Source: an uncultured cyanobacterium | GTDB taxonomy: Bacteria; Cyanobacteriota; Cyanobacteriia; CAKZMO01 | Length of the DNA: 64,000 nucleotides | Direction of reading: 5' to 3' | NCBI GenBank assembly: GCA_963719515.1 | Contig: CAVRCJ010000015.1 | Location: 100,435-164,434 of the forward strand | Shown here: one piece after another, positions 10,244-19,015 of the stretch | Layout of the letters: each line of letters opens with the position of its first letter | Position numbering within the stretch: the stretch's first letter is position 1 | The notes under the pieces: model-generated | Database searches by the model: none | What the model saw: only the letters and a program-made list of their open reading frames with translations | What the model was told of the DNA's origin: nothing | Program-made: the position numbers and the translations under genes

Positions 10244-11440
10244 ATGAAAGTCACTTATCAGTACAAGTTGCGTCCAGCGGCTGAGCAAACGGTTACCATG
10301 ACCCGATGGCTAGATAGGCTTCGGGCACAGTACAACTGGTTGCTGGCTGAGCGATTCGACTGGTGGGAGATGAACCGCTGTTCGGTCAACGCCTGCCCAC
10401 TCACCTGTAGCCTTGCGCCACTCAAAGATAATCCTAATTACTGCAGCCAGAAGGCTAGCCTAGTACCTCTCAAGCGAGAGCGACCCTGGTACAAAGATTT
10501 GCATTCGCAGGTACTCCAGGAGGTGACGAAGCAGGTAAAGCAGACGTTCGAGCGTTTCATCAAAGGTGATAGGAATGGTAAGCGTAGCGGCAAGCCTCGG
10601 TTCAAAGGCGCGGGGCGCTACAGGACGTTCACGTTCCCGCAGATGAAACCTGACTGCATCGATGGAAGTCGTATTACCCTGCCTAAGATTGGCCAGGTGA
10701 AGCTAATCCTTCATCGCCCGATACCTGATGGGTTTACTGTCAAAACGGCCAAGGTGACTCGCAAAGCAGATGGTTGGTATGTGAGCCTGTTACTGGAAAA
10801 CAATGCCGTTCCGATGCTTACTCCGGATGTCGATAGGGCTAAGTCTGTCGGTGTTGACGTTGGGCTGAAGGATTTCTTGGTTACCAGTGACGGTGAGAGC
10901 GTTCCTATCCCTCAGTTCTTTCGACGCTCAGAGCGGCAGCTATCCAAGCTGCAGCGGCAGCTATCGAGACAGAAGAAGAGCTCTAACCGCTGGCGTAAGC
11001 AGGTGAATCGCATCGCCAAACTGCATCTGAAAATATCGCGTCAGCGTCGTGATTTCTTTTCTAAGGTGTGGGATTGGCTGTTTTCAAAGTACGATGTTGT
11101 CGCTCATGAAAAGCTCAACATCAAAGGACTTGCTCGAACCAGACTGGCAAAGTCAATCGCTGATGCCGCATGGGGTACATTCTTGGAGATAGGCTCTTTC
11201 AAAGCCGCGAAAGCTGGAAAGATGACCATCGCTGAGAACCCACGCGGAACCAGCATTGATTGCTCGGGTTGTGGTGAGCGGGTACCAAAGACGCTGGCCG
11301 ATCGGGTCCATAGTTGCCCGTCATGCGGCTTAACGATCTGTCGCGACCACAACGCGGCTATCAACCTATTGAATAGGGCTGTGGGACATCAAGCCCTTAA
11401 TCTCTCAGGAAATGTCTCAGCAGTAGCTGGGAGTCACTGA
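10244..11440 (+). CDS. tnpB: RNA-guided endonuclease TnpB
   Basis: YQYKLRP N-terminus, RuvC residues GVDVG, HEKL and RDHNAA, Zn finger CSGC/CPSC. Confidence 0.95.
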   Translation: MKVTYQYKLRPAAEQTVTMTRWLDRLRAQYNWLLAERFDWWEMNRCSVNACPLTCSLAPLKDNPNYCSQKASLVPLKRERPWYKDLHSQVLQEVTKQVKQTFERFIKGDRNGKRSGKPRFKGAGRYRTFTFPQMKPDCIDGSRITLPKIGQVKLILHRPIPDGFTVKTAKVTRKADGWYVSLLLENNAVPMLTPDVDRAKSVGVDVGLKDFLVTSDGESVPIPQFFRRSERQLSKLQRQLSRQKKSSNRWRKQVNRIAKLHLKISRQRRDFFSKVWDWLFSKYDVVAHEKLNIKGLARTRLAKSIADAAWGTFLEIGSFKAAKAGKMTIAENPRGTSIDCSGCGERVPKTLADRVHSCPSCGLTICRDHNAAINLLNRAVGHQALNLSGNVSAVAGSH

Positions 11441-11482
11441 GGAAGCCCGCGCTGTATGCGTAGCATCAGCGTCGGGAGGATG

Positions 11483-14400
11483 TCACGCCGACCCATCGAC
11501 GACGCGCTTCAGCGCTATCCAAAATCGGCTCCCTTGCCCCAGCACTGACTCGACGCCTACCCGGCCGCCCATGCGCTGGACGCCCCGCTTAACGATAGAT
11601 AGCCCAATCCCGGTGCCGGCATAGACCTCAGCGCTGTGCAGTCGCTCGAAGGGTTTGAAGATGCGCGCTTGATGTCGGGGGGAAATGCCAATGCCGTTGT
11701 CCTCAACCCAGATCCGCACGTACTGTACATCTGTCTCGCAATCCCTCGACGCTGTGGGAACATCAGCCCAGATTTTAATCTGCGGCAGCGTGCCCGGTTC
11801 AACAAACTTCAAAGCGTTGCGAATCAGGTTGTTTAGCACTTGCTCTACGACGCTGCGCTGAACGTAAACCATGGGAAAGTCTTGGCCAACTTCAACCGTA
11901 GCTTGAGCGACCCGTAAAGTGGGCTCTAGAGCAATTAAGACTCTCTTCACGACAATACCTGCATCAACACGCTGCAGATGAATCTCAGACCGCCCTAGGC
12001 GACTGTAGTTCAGCAGGTCTTGAATCAGCGTATCTAAAGTCTCAGCAGAGGTGGCCATGCGGCGGATATACTCGTGGCCTAAATCATCAAGCGCAGAGCC
12101 GTAGTCTTCTTCCAACACTCGCGCAAAGCCTTGAATCGCCCGTAATGGCGCCCGCAAGTCATGGGCAACGGAGTATGAAAAAGATTCTAGCTCCAGATTG
12201 GCTTCCTCTAGCTTCTCAGTCCGCTCCTGCACACGCTGCTCTAGAGTGATGTTGAGCTCGTGAAGCTTCTGCTCACCCCGATTGCGGACAATCGCCGCTG
12301 CCAGGCAGTTGGTGACCGCCTGCAAAAAATTAACGTCATCTTGAGTAAAGTCTTGAAGTCGGCGGGAATGCACGCCTAAGATGCCGAAGGGCCCCTCATT
12401 CCCTCCAATAATGGTGCTCATGCCGCTAATGACCTGGTGCTCAATGAGCAGGTCCGGTCCGGTAAATCGAGGCTCCCTGCGCAGATCCTTGACCACGACG
12501 GGATGTTGAGATGAGAGCGTGTAGCCTGCTTGGGAGTCCCCCTCGCTGCTAACTGTCGCCTTGCCGACGAGACCAGGCTGCCAGCCTACGCCAGATCTCA
12601 GCAGCAGCGCCTGGCCATCGGGCAATAGCTCGAGCACTTTGCAGTAGTCTACGTCTAGGCTAGCCGCAAGCATCTGAGTTGCTTGATCAAACAGCGCGTC
12701 TAAACTCAGTCCCGATAGCGCGGTCTGACTCAGCTGTGCGACAACCGCCTGCTGCTCTAGGCGACTGGCAAGCGATGCCTCGGCCTGCTTCTGCGCTGTC
12801 ACATCGGCAGCCATGGAAATCACGAGCCTGGCGCCACTATCAATTTGGCCTAGAGGCGCTGAGCTAAACAGCCAGGTCCGCCGCTCGCCGCCCTTAGTTC
12901 TCACCTCAAATTCGCCTTCATCAACCCGTCGGTTAAGGTCATAGAGGCGATTGATCCAGTCCAAAACGTCGCTTTGCTGTTCACCGTAGGCCCGCTCTGT
13001 CCAGTCGCTCAAGGTCTGTAGCTCGCTGGCCTCATATCCCGTAATGTCGGTTACCGTTCGGCTCAACCGAAAGATTTCCCCGTCTTCCCCGTGAATGATG
13101 ATGGGGAAAGGGGCTTCGGTGACCGCCCGCCGAAATCTCGCTTCGCTCTCCCTCAGCTTTGCCTCTGCCTGCTCGCGCTCCCCAATCTCCTGCTGCGCCT
13201 GCTGATAGAGCATGGCCTGCTGAACAACTAGGCTAATCTGCGTTGAAAGCTGCTTTAAAGATTTGATTTCAAGCGGCTGCCACTCGCGAGGCGCTCTGCA
13301 GTGATGGGCAATGAGCAGTCCCCAGACCTCAGTGCCCTGCAAGATGGGGACAACCAAGTTCGCTTTGACCTGCAGTGACGCTAGAAAATCGACGTAGCAC
13401 GGGGTAAGCTCACCGCTGTGAATATCGGGAATGACTTGCAGCTGTCCGGACTTGTATTGCTTAATATAGCTGGCCGACAGGCAGGGATCGCAGAACGGCA
13501 GGCTTTGGAGAGAATTCCACTGGGCATCCACCGATTCAGACAGGACAACGCCATCGTCGGGCGTCTGAAGCTGAAAGATGACGACCCGATCGGTCTGCAG
13601 GAACGCTCGCACTTTACTCACGGCGCTCTGCAGCAGTTGGCTCAGGTCTAACAGCGGCAGATCGCTGCCCCCAACGGACCATCTCCGAATCAATTGAGTG
13701 ATCTCCATCGCTAGCCGCTCAGACTCCAGCATCCGGTAGCGCTCGATATCAGCTTGCTTAGACGGCGTGATATCAGCGACCGTACCCAGCATCCGCCCCA
13801 TCGGGCGATCGCCATCGGGGTAAAATCGACCCTTACTGCTGAGCCAGTGGATAGAGCCGTCTGCCCAAACGGTGCGAAACTCTATATCGCACTGGGTTTG
13901 GTTTTGCAGAGACCGCCGGACAGCCTGCTGCAGGGCGGCACGGTCTTCTGCATGCACCCGCTTTAAAAGTGCGCGGTAGGTAGACAGCACCTCTCCATCA
14001 GTTAGCCCCAAGAATGTGCTGGCCTGCCCCGAGTAGAGCAGTCCGCCGCTTGAGCGCCACTCCCAGGCGCCCATTTGGGACGCGTCCAAGGCAAGCCACA
14101 GACGCTCGTTACTTTGCCAAAGCTGCCGTTGCAGGTTTACCTTCTCGACGGCCTGCTCGATGCTGCGCTGTAGCGATAGCGGCGTAATTTGACCCTTAAC
14201 TAAATAATCTTCTGCCCCCGCTTTGAGCGTCTGCGCGGCTAGGAATTCGTTTCCCTGACCGGTGATCATGATTAGCGCGGGCATTTGGTCTTTCAGCTGT
14301 ACTTTGAGTTCAGTCAAGAACTCCAGTCCGTCACAGTCGGGTAGACTGTAGTCCAGCAGCACCACATCAGGTTGAGCCTGCTGGCACAGCGCCAGCCCTA

Positions 14401-14524
14401 GCTCGCCCAGATCTGCCTCAATGATCGTACAGTCTAGCTTCGTATTCCGCTTCAGGTAGCGACGATAGGCGTCGCGATCCGCCTCGCTGTCTTCTACAAT
14501 TAGAATTGTGAGCGGTTTGGTCAT
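11483..14524 (-). CDS. Hybrid kinase REC-PAS-GAF(cyanobacteriochrome-like)-PAS-GAF-HisKA-HATPase
   Basis: IVEDS receiver. GAF with DRVVIF, DPCL, PCY and ANLVVPIL...WGLLIAHHC. AHDLRAPL H-box and GTGIGL. Confidence 0.92.
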   Translation of the reverse strand: MTKPLTILIVEDSEADRDAYRRYLKRNTKLDCTIIEADLGELGLALCQQAQPDVVLLDYSLPDCDGLEFLTELKVQLKDQMPALIMITGQGNEFLAAQTLKAGAEDYLVKGQITPLSLQRSIEQAVEKVNLQRQLWQSNERLWLALDASQMGAWEWRSSGGLLYSGQASTFLGLTDGEVLSTYRALLKRVHAEDRAALQQAVRRSLQNQTQCDIEFRTVWADGSIHWLSSKGRFYPDGDRPMGRMLGTVADITPSKQADIERYRMLESERLAMEITQLIRRWSVGGSDLPLLDLSQLLQSAVSKVRAFLQTDRVVIFQLQTPDDGVVLSESVDAQWNSLQSLPFCDPCLSASYIKQYKSGQLQVIPDIHSGELTPCYVDFLASLQVKANLVVPILQGTEVWGLLIAHHCRAPREWQPLEIKSLKQLSTQISLVVQQAMLYQQAQQEIGEREQAEAKLRESEARFRRAVTEAPFPIIIHGEDGEIFRLSRTVTDITGYEASELQTLSDWTERAYGEQQSDVLDWINRLYDLNRRVDEGEFEVRTKGGERRTWLFSSAPLGQIDSGARLVISMAADVTAQKQAEASLASRLEQQAVVAQLSQTALSGLSLDALFDQATQMLAASLDVDYCKVLELLPDGQALLLRSGVGWQPGLVGKATVSSEGDSQAGYTLSSQHPVVVKDLRREPRFTGPDLLIEHQVISGMSTIIGGNEGPFGILGVHSRRLQDFTQDDVNFLQAVTNCLAAAIVRNRGEQKLHELNITLEQRVQERTEKLEEANLELESFSYSVAHDLRAPLRAIQGFARVLEEDYGSALDDLGHEYIRRMATSAETLDTLIQDLLNYSRLGRSEIHLQRVDAGIVVKRVLIALEPTLRVAQATVEVGQDFPMVYVQRSVVEQVLNNLIRNALKFVEPGTLPQIKIWADVPTASRDCETDVQYVRIWVEDNGIGISPRHQARIFKPFERLHSAEVYAGTGIGLSIVKRGVQRMGGRVGVESVLGQGSRFWIALKRVVDGSA

Positions 14525-14771
14525 AAGTTCACAGACCTATAGGAAGACCTGCTGTATGGGCAAAGTCACATTGCGCCTAATACCGTAATCTTAAACGAAT
14601 CTCTAGATAGGGTTAGGCCTGACCTACGAAACTGGGTACGACACAGCAGAATTATGGCTGAGGCGTCTTTAGGGCTGTAACGCGGCAGCGCAGCACGCTC
14701 TCGCTGGCGGACGGGCTCGGCCCGCAGCGGCTTAAGTCTCGGAATTCTTTTCCTTCAGCGCGGGGAATGTG

Positions 14772-16985
14772 TCAATTGGGGCCATCTTCACAAAGCTCTA
14801 CCCGATTTCGCCCTTTAGCTTTGGCCCGGTACAGCGCCGCATCCGCCCGCCGCAGCGCCTCATTGATGGTGTCGCCAGACTGCACGGTCCCCACCCCAAC
14901 GCTGACCGTCACCTGCCTTTGCTGACCGGGTTTAACCGGCAGCGCTGCCACCAGCTGCCTAAAAGACTCCGCCGTAGACAGGGCCTCTGACAGCGGCGTG
15001 CGGTAGAGGAGTAGCGCAAATTCCTCGCCCCCCAGCCGCCCCAAAAGCCCCTTGTCCCCCAGGCTCAACGTGCAAATGTGAGCCACCTGCTGAATGACGC
15101 GATCGCCCTTGGCATGGCCAAACCGGTCATTGATGCGCTTGAAATGGTCAATGTCCAGCATTAGGGTTGCCATTGGCCAATACTGCGATTTTGGGCTGGC
15201 GATCGCGATTTCCGCCTGCTCAAAAAAAGCGCGTCGATTGTATACCCCAGTCAGCGGGTCAGTACTAGCGAGATAGCGTAAAGCGCTTTCGCGCTGAATT
15301 TGCGCCGAGATATCGCTAAAAGAAAACAGGACGCAGGGCCGGTGATTGTAGTTAATTTCTAGCCCCGAAATCAGTGACCAAAACTCCTCATTTCCCTTGC
15401 GCAGCGACGCTTCAAATCCCGTCACCCGCCCCAGCTGGTTTATCTGGGTCAAAAATGTGGCGCGATCGCCTAGGCTAAACCAAAAATCAGTTTCTCGGTA
15501 GCGCCCCGTTTCCTGCAGCGTGAAGCCGAACAGCTCTGCTGCCCGCTCATTGATGAAGTGGATGGTGCCATCTCTAACATCGCTAATGGCCATCGGAAAT
15601 ACAGGAGCATTTAAGATGTCCTGTAAGCGCCCCCGACTGTCGTTTAATTCAGCCTTGACCTGGCTCATCTTTTCCAGCACGCGGTTGTAATAGTCGGCAA
15701 TAGAAGCTACCTCTGTCCCCGGCTCAACCACAACGGGTTGGGTAAAGTCTCCCCTCAGGGAATGGGCGTTCATGCTGGCGATCAGGTCCTGTGTGGCGGT
15801 ACTAGCGTTGTGCTCAGCAATATTGAGGCCGATGCGCTCTTGCGCTGCCGTGACGCGCAGGGGCAAGACCTGATTGATGCCCCACAGCAGCGCATAGCTC
15901 ACGCCAAAAGCGTAAATCCCGACGGCAATGACCCCTACAGTCTGAACCCCCAGCATTCGCCAAACGCTGTCAGTTTCCCGCAGCATCGGGTCTGCGAATA
16001 GCGCCACCGCTAAGGTGCCCCAAATGCCGCACACGAGATGAGCGGGGACAACTCCCACGGCGTCATCAATTTTGGCATAGCTGAGCCAGCGGGCAGACAG
16101 CGTACACAACAGTCCGCCAATCCCGCCTACGCAGGTCGCCCCCAGGGTCAGCATAATATCGCAACCCGCCGTCACCGACACCAGTCCCCCCACCACCCCA
16201 TTCATAATCAGCGGCACCTGGGGACGCTTGTGGATTGCCCAGGTTGTCAACAGCGCCGCCAGTCCGCCTGCGGCTCCGCCCTGAGCGGTATTCACCAGGA
16301 TCATGGGAACCTGGTCGTCAAACCCAAAGCTGCTGCCGCCGTTAAAGCCAAACCAGCCAAACCACAGCAAAAACACGCCCAAAACGGCAGTCGGCAAGTT
16401 GTGGCCCTCAATGCTGTGAGACTTAGGGCCAAAGCGACCTAGCCTCGGGCCGATGACGAGAATGGCCGCTAGCGCCGTCCAGCCCCCCACCGAATGGACC
16501 ACTGTCGACCCGGCGAAATCGTGGAACTGGAGTTTCCCTAGCCAGCCCGGCGAGGAGTCAAACCACAGCCCTGCCCAGACCCAATGTCCCGTGATCGGGT
16601 AGACGAACAGAGCAATGATAATTGCCGTGATGAAATAGCCCAAAAAGCTCATCCGTTCAGCTACGGCCCCGGACACAATGGTAGTCGCGGTGCCGCAAAA
16701 AACGAGTTCAAACAGGAAAAAGCTGTAGTCTGCGTTTGTCCAAGTCAGCGTAGAGGGAAGCCGATTACCCACGAGGCCGAAGACCGTCTCACCAAACATG
16801 AGCTGAAAGCTAATCAGCGAGAACACCAGGGACGTAATACAAAAATCGACCAGATTCTTGATAGCAACGTTGATGCTGTTCTTAGCCCGCACCAACCCGC
16901 TCTCTAAACAGCAGAACCCGGCCTGCATTGTGCTCACGAGTATGGCGCAAAGAATGACCCAAATTACATCGAGGCTGGGTGCCAT
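14772..16985 (-). CDS. Ammonium transporter-PAS-diguanylate cyclase fusion
   Basis: Amt motifs MQAGF..LESG, DFAGSTVVH, WFGWFGFNGGS, IDDAV...PAH. C-terminal DPLTG, DIDHFK and GGEEF. Confidence 0.92.
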   Translation of the reverse strand: MAPSLDVIWVILCAILVSTMQAGFCCLESGLVRAKNSINVAIKNLVDFCITSLVFSLISFQLMFGETVFGLVGNRLPSTLTWTNADYSFFLFELVFCGTATTIVSGAVAERMSFLGYFITAIIIALFVYPITGHWVWAGLWFDSSPGWLGKLQFHDFAGSTVVHSVGGWTALAAILVIGPRLGRFGPKSHSIEGHNLPTAVLGVFLLWFGWFGFNGGSSFGFDDQVPMILVNTAQGGAAGGLAALLTTWAIHKRPQVPLIMNGVVGGLVSVTAGCDIMLTLGATCVGGIGGLLCTLSARWLSYAKIDDAVGVVPAHLVCGIWGTLAVALFADPMLRETDSVWRMLGVQTVGVIAVGIYAFGVSYALLWGINQVLPLRVTAAQERIGLNIAEHNASTATQDLIASMNAHSLRGDFTQPVVVEPGTEVASIADYYNRVLEKMSQVKAELNDSRGRLQDILNAPVFPMAISDVRDGTIHFINERAAELFGFTLQETGRYRETDFWFSLGDRATFLTQINQLGRVTGFEASLRKGNEEFWSLISGLEINYNHRPCVLFSFSDISAQIQRESALRYLASTDPLTGVYNRRAFFEQAEIAIASPKSQYWPMATLMLDIDHFKRINDRFGHAKGDRVIQQVAHICTLSLGDKGLLGRLGGEEFALLLYRTPLSEALSTAESFRQLVAALPVKPGQQRQVTVSVGVGTVQSGDTINEALRRADAALYRAKAKGRNRVELCEDGPN

Positions 16986-17114
16986 AAGGCAGTATTAACC
17001 GTTAAGCCATGTCGATTGTAGCCGTTCAAAGTCTGTGGAAAACTTAATCAGGCGGGATTACAGGAGCAGGGCGGTAAAATCGTTGTAATCCTTGCCTTAG
17101 TCGCTGTCGTACTC

Positions 17115-17906
17115 ATGACTCTTCAACCCTTACATTTGCTTGGCGTCCCCCCCAACGCCTGGATTGTCAACGCCGACAACGCCGACATTACGCGATCGCC
17201 CATCCCGCCTCAGCCCGCTACCCTCGCTACCCGCACTAAAACCCTCACCATCGACCTAGCCAAAACGATTATTTTGGTCATCGATATGCAAAACGACTTT
17301 TGTCATCCCGAGGGCTGGCTAGCCCACATCGGCATGGATATTACCCCCGCGCAAGCTCCCGTTGCCCCCTTAAATCGCCTCCTTCCCGAGCTGCGCCGCG
17401 CCAAGGTGCCTGTCCTCTGGCTCAACTGGGGAAACCGCCCTGATTTAGTCAACATCAGCGCCGGACAGCGCCACGTCTACAATCCAACGGGGGAGGGGGT
17501 AGGGTTGGCGGAGCCGCTGCCGCCGCGCAACGCCCCCGTATTGACTAAAGACAGCTGGGGGGCGGCTATCGTGGATGAACTGAGGCCCGAGCCGATCGAT
17601 ATTCGCATCGACAAATATCGGATGAGCGGCTTTTGGGACACGCCACTGGACAGCGTACTGCGCAACCTTGGAAAGACAACCCTGTTGTTTGCTGGGGTCA
17701 ATGCGGATCAGTGCGTCATGGCCACCCTACAGGACGCCAGCTTCCACGGCTACGACTGCATTTTGGTAGAAGACTGCACCGCTACCACCTCGCCAGACTA
17801 TTGCCTCCAGGCCACCCTCTACAACGTCAGTCAGTGCTTCGGGTTTGTAGCCAGTTCTGATGCGATCGCTGCAGCGATCCCCGAGGTGTCTTCAGAGCTA
17901 GTCTAA
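17115..17906 (+). CDS. Isochorismatase-family cysteine hydrolase
   Basis: D-K-C triad in IDMQNDF, DKYRMSGF and GVNADQCV. Confidence 0.88.
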   Translation: MTLQPLHLLGVPPNAWIVNADNADITRSPIPPQPATLATRTKTLTIDLAKTIILVIDMQNDFCHPEGWLAHIGMDITPAQAPVAPLNRLLPELRRAKVPVLWLNWGNRPDLVNISAGQRHVYNPTGEGVGLAEPLPPRNAPVLTKDSWGAAIVDELRPEPIDIRIDKYRMSGFWDTPLDSVLRNLGKTTLLFAGVNADQCVMATLQDASFHGYDCILVEDCTATTSPDYCLQATLYNVSQCFGFVASSDAIAAAIPEVSSELV

Positions 17907-17974
17907 ACCTTTGCTAAAGTTCTGCCCCATTTCGGGAGATGTCTGGTGTATTAGAGGTAGCTACTGGCTGTTAG

Positions 17975-18423
17975 CTAGTTCGTGAAAGCCCCGCGCTGTA
18001 TGCGCAGCATCAGCGTCGGGATGTAAGCGAGCGAGTCGAGGTGCGCCCTTGACTGGATGCCGAAGGCGGCAATTAAGGGCAGCGCCGAGGCGAGCAAAGG
18101 GTACAATTGAACCAAGCTCAAACTATTTCATGGCGGCGGCCTGCTATCCTGACACAAACGTACAGCCCTTAGCTGGTGAACAGTGCAGACGGTAGAAAAC
18201 GTAGCTGGAAATTGAATACTCGTCACTGTCTGGGGTTGGTCATTGCCTGGACATTAAACAAATCGCCTGTCGATGGGATCTAATCGGGGTTGCACGGCTT
18301 GCTGCGTAACTAGACAGGACCAGATGAAGCAGGAAACCTTCTTGCGCGGCATCCATTAAATTGTGGTGCGTGAGCCAAGAAGCCCACGCTCTATCTAAAA
18401 GATGAGCGTCGGGAGTATGTCAC
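17975..18423 (+). mobile_element. ORF-less IS200/IS605 mini-element (TTAG/TCAC type), 449 bp
   Basis: TTAG at 17971-17974, left hairpin gccccgcgctgtatgcgcagcatcagcgtcggga, right hairpin gaagcccacgct...agcgtcggga, terminal TCAC 18420-18423. Confidence 0.82.
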
Positions 18424-18486
18424 GTCCTACCACACAGCCTCGCCATACCGTCTCGCAGTACACCTTCGTCATTACCAGGAGTCACC

Positions 18487-19014
18487 ATGGGAATCGCCGG
18501 AGCAACATTGCCTAAACCTGAGCCCCAAGCCGAGTCCCAAGCTGAACCCCAGACCGAGTCCCAGACGGATAAATGCGTCATCCCGCTGTTCAAGGGGCCG
18601 CAGGACTACCAGGCCTTTCGCATTAGTCCCCAAGACAGCAACCGCTTGGCGATCGTGTTTGACCCCAGCAGCTCGGACGTCTCTTTGACCTACTGCGTTG
18701 AAATCTTTGAGGTTGGCGGGGAAACGCCCCCCAACCGACACAACCTTGCCGTTGAGATGTTCTTCATCCTCAAAGGGGAAGGAGAGGCAAGCTGCGACGG
18801 CAAAACCGTTCGCATTCAGGCGGGGGACAGCATCTTGGTGCCGCCCCAGGGGATCCACGTGATTCGCAACGTCGGTCAAACGCGGCTTTACGCCTTGTGC
18901 ATTATGGTGCCCAACGAAGACTTCGCCGAGCTGATTCGCAGCGGCACTCCGGTAGACCTTGATGACGACGACCTCAAGGTGCTGCGGCGCACCGACGCCT
19001 TAGTCACCCTCTAG
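18487..19014 (+). CDS. Cupin domain protein
   Basis: PNRH...EMFFILKGEG and GDSILVP..GIH cupin motifs. Confidence 0.85.
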   Translation: MGIAGATLPKPEPQAESQAEPQTESQTDKCVIPLFKGPQDYQAFRISPQDSNRLAIVFDPSSSDVSLTYCVEIFEVGGETPPNRHNLAVEMFFILKGEGEASCDGKTVRIQAGDSILVPPQGIHVIRNVGQTRLYALCIMVPNEDFAELIRSGTPVDLDDDDLKVLRRTDALVTL

Positions 19015-19015
19015 C

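Larger units (their letters stand above)
10004..11486 (+). mobile_element. IS200/IS605-family element without tnpA (tnpB plus small RHH gene)
   Basis: Preceded by TTAG (10000-10003). Subterminal hairpins gaagccccgcgct...agcgtcggga at both ends. Ends in TCAC (11483-11486). Confidence 0.88.
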
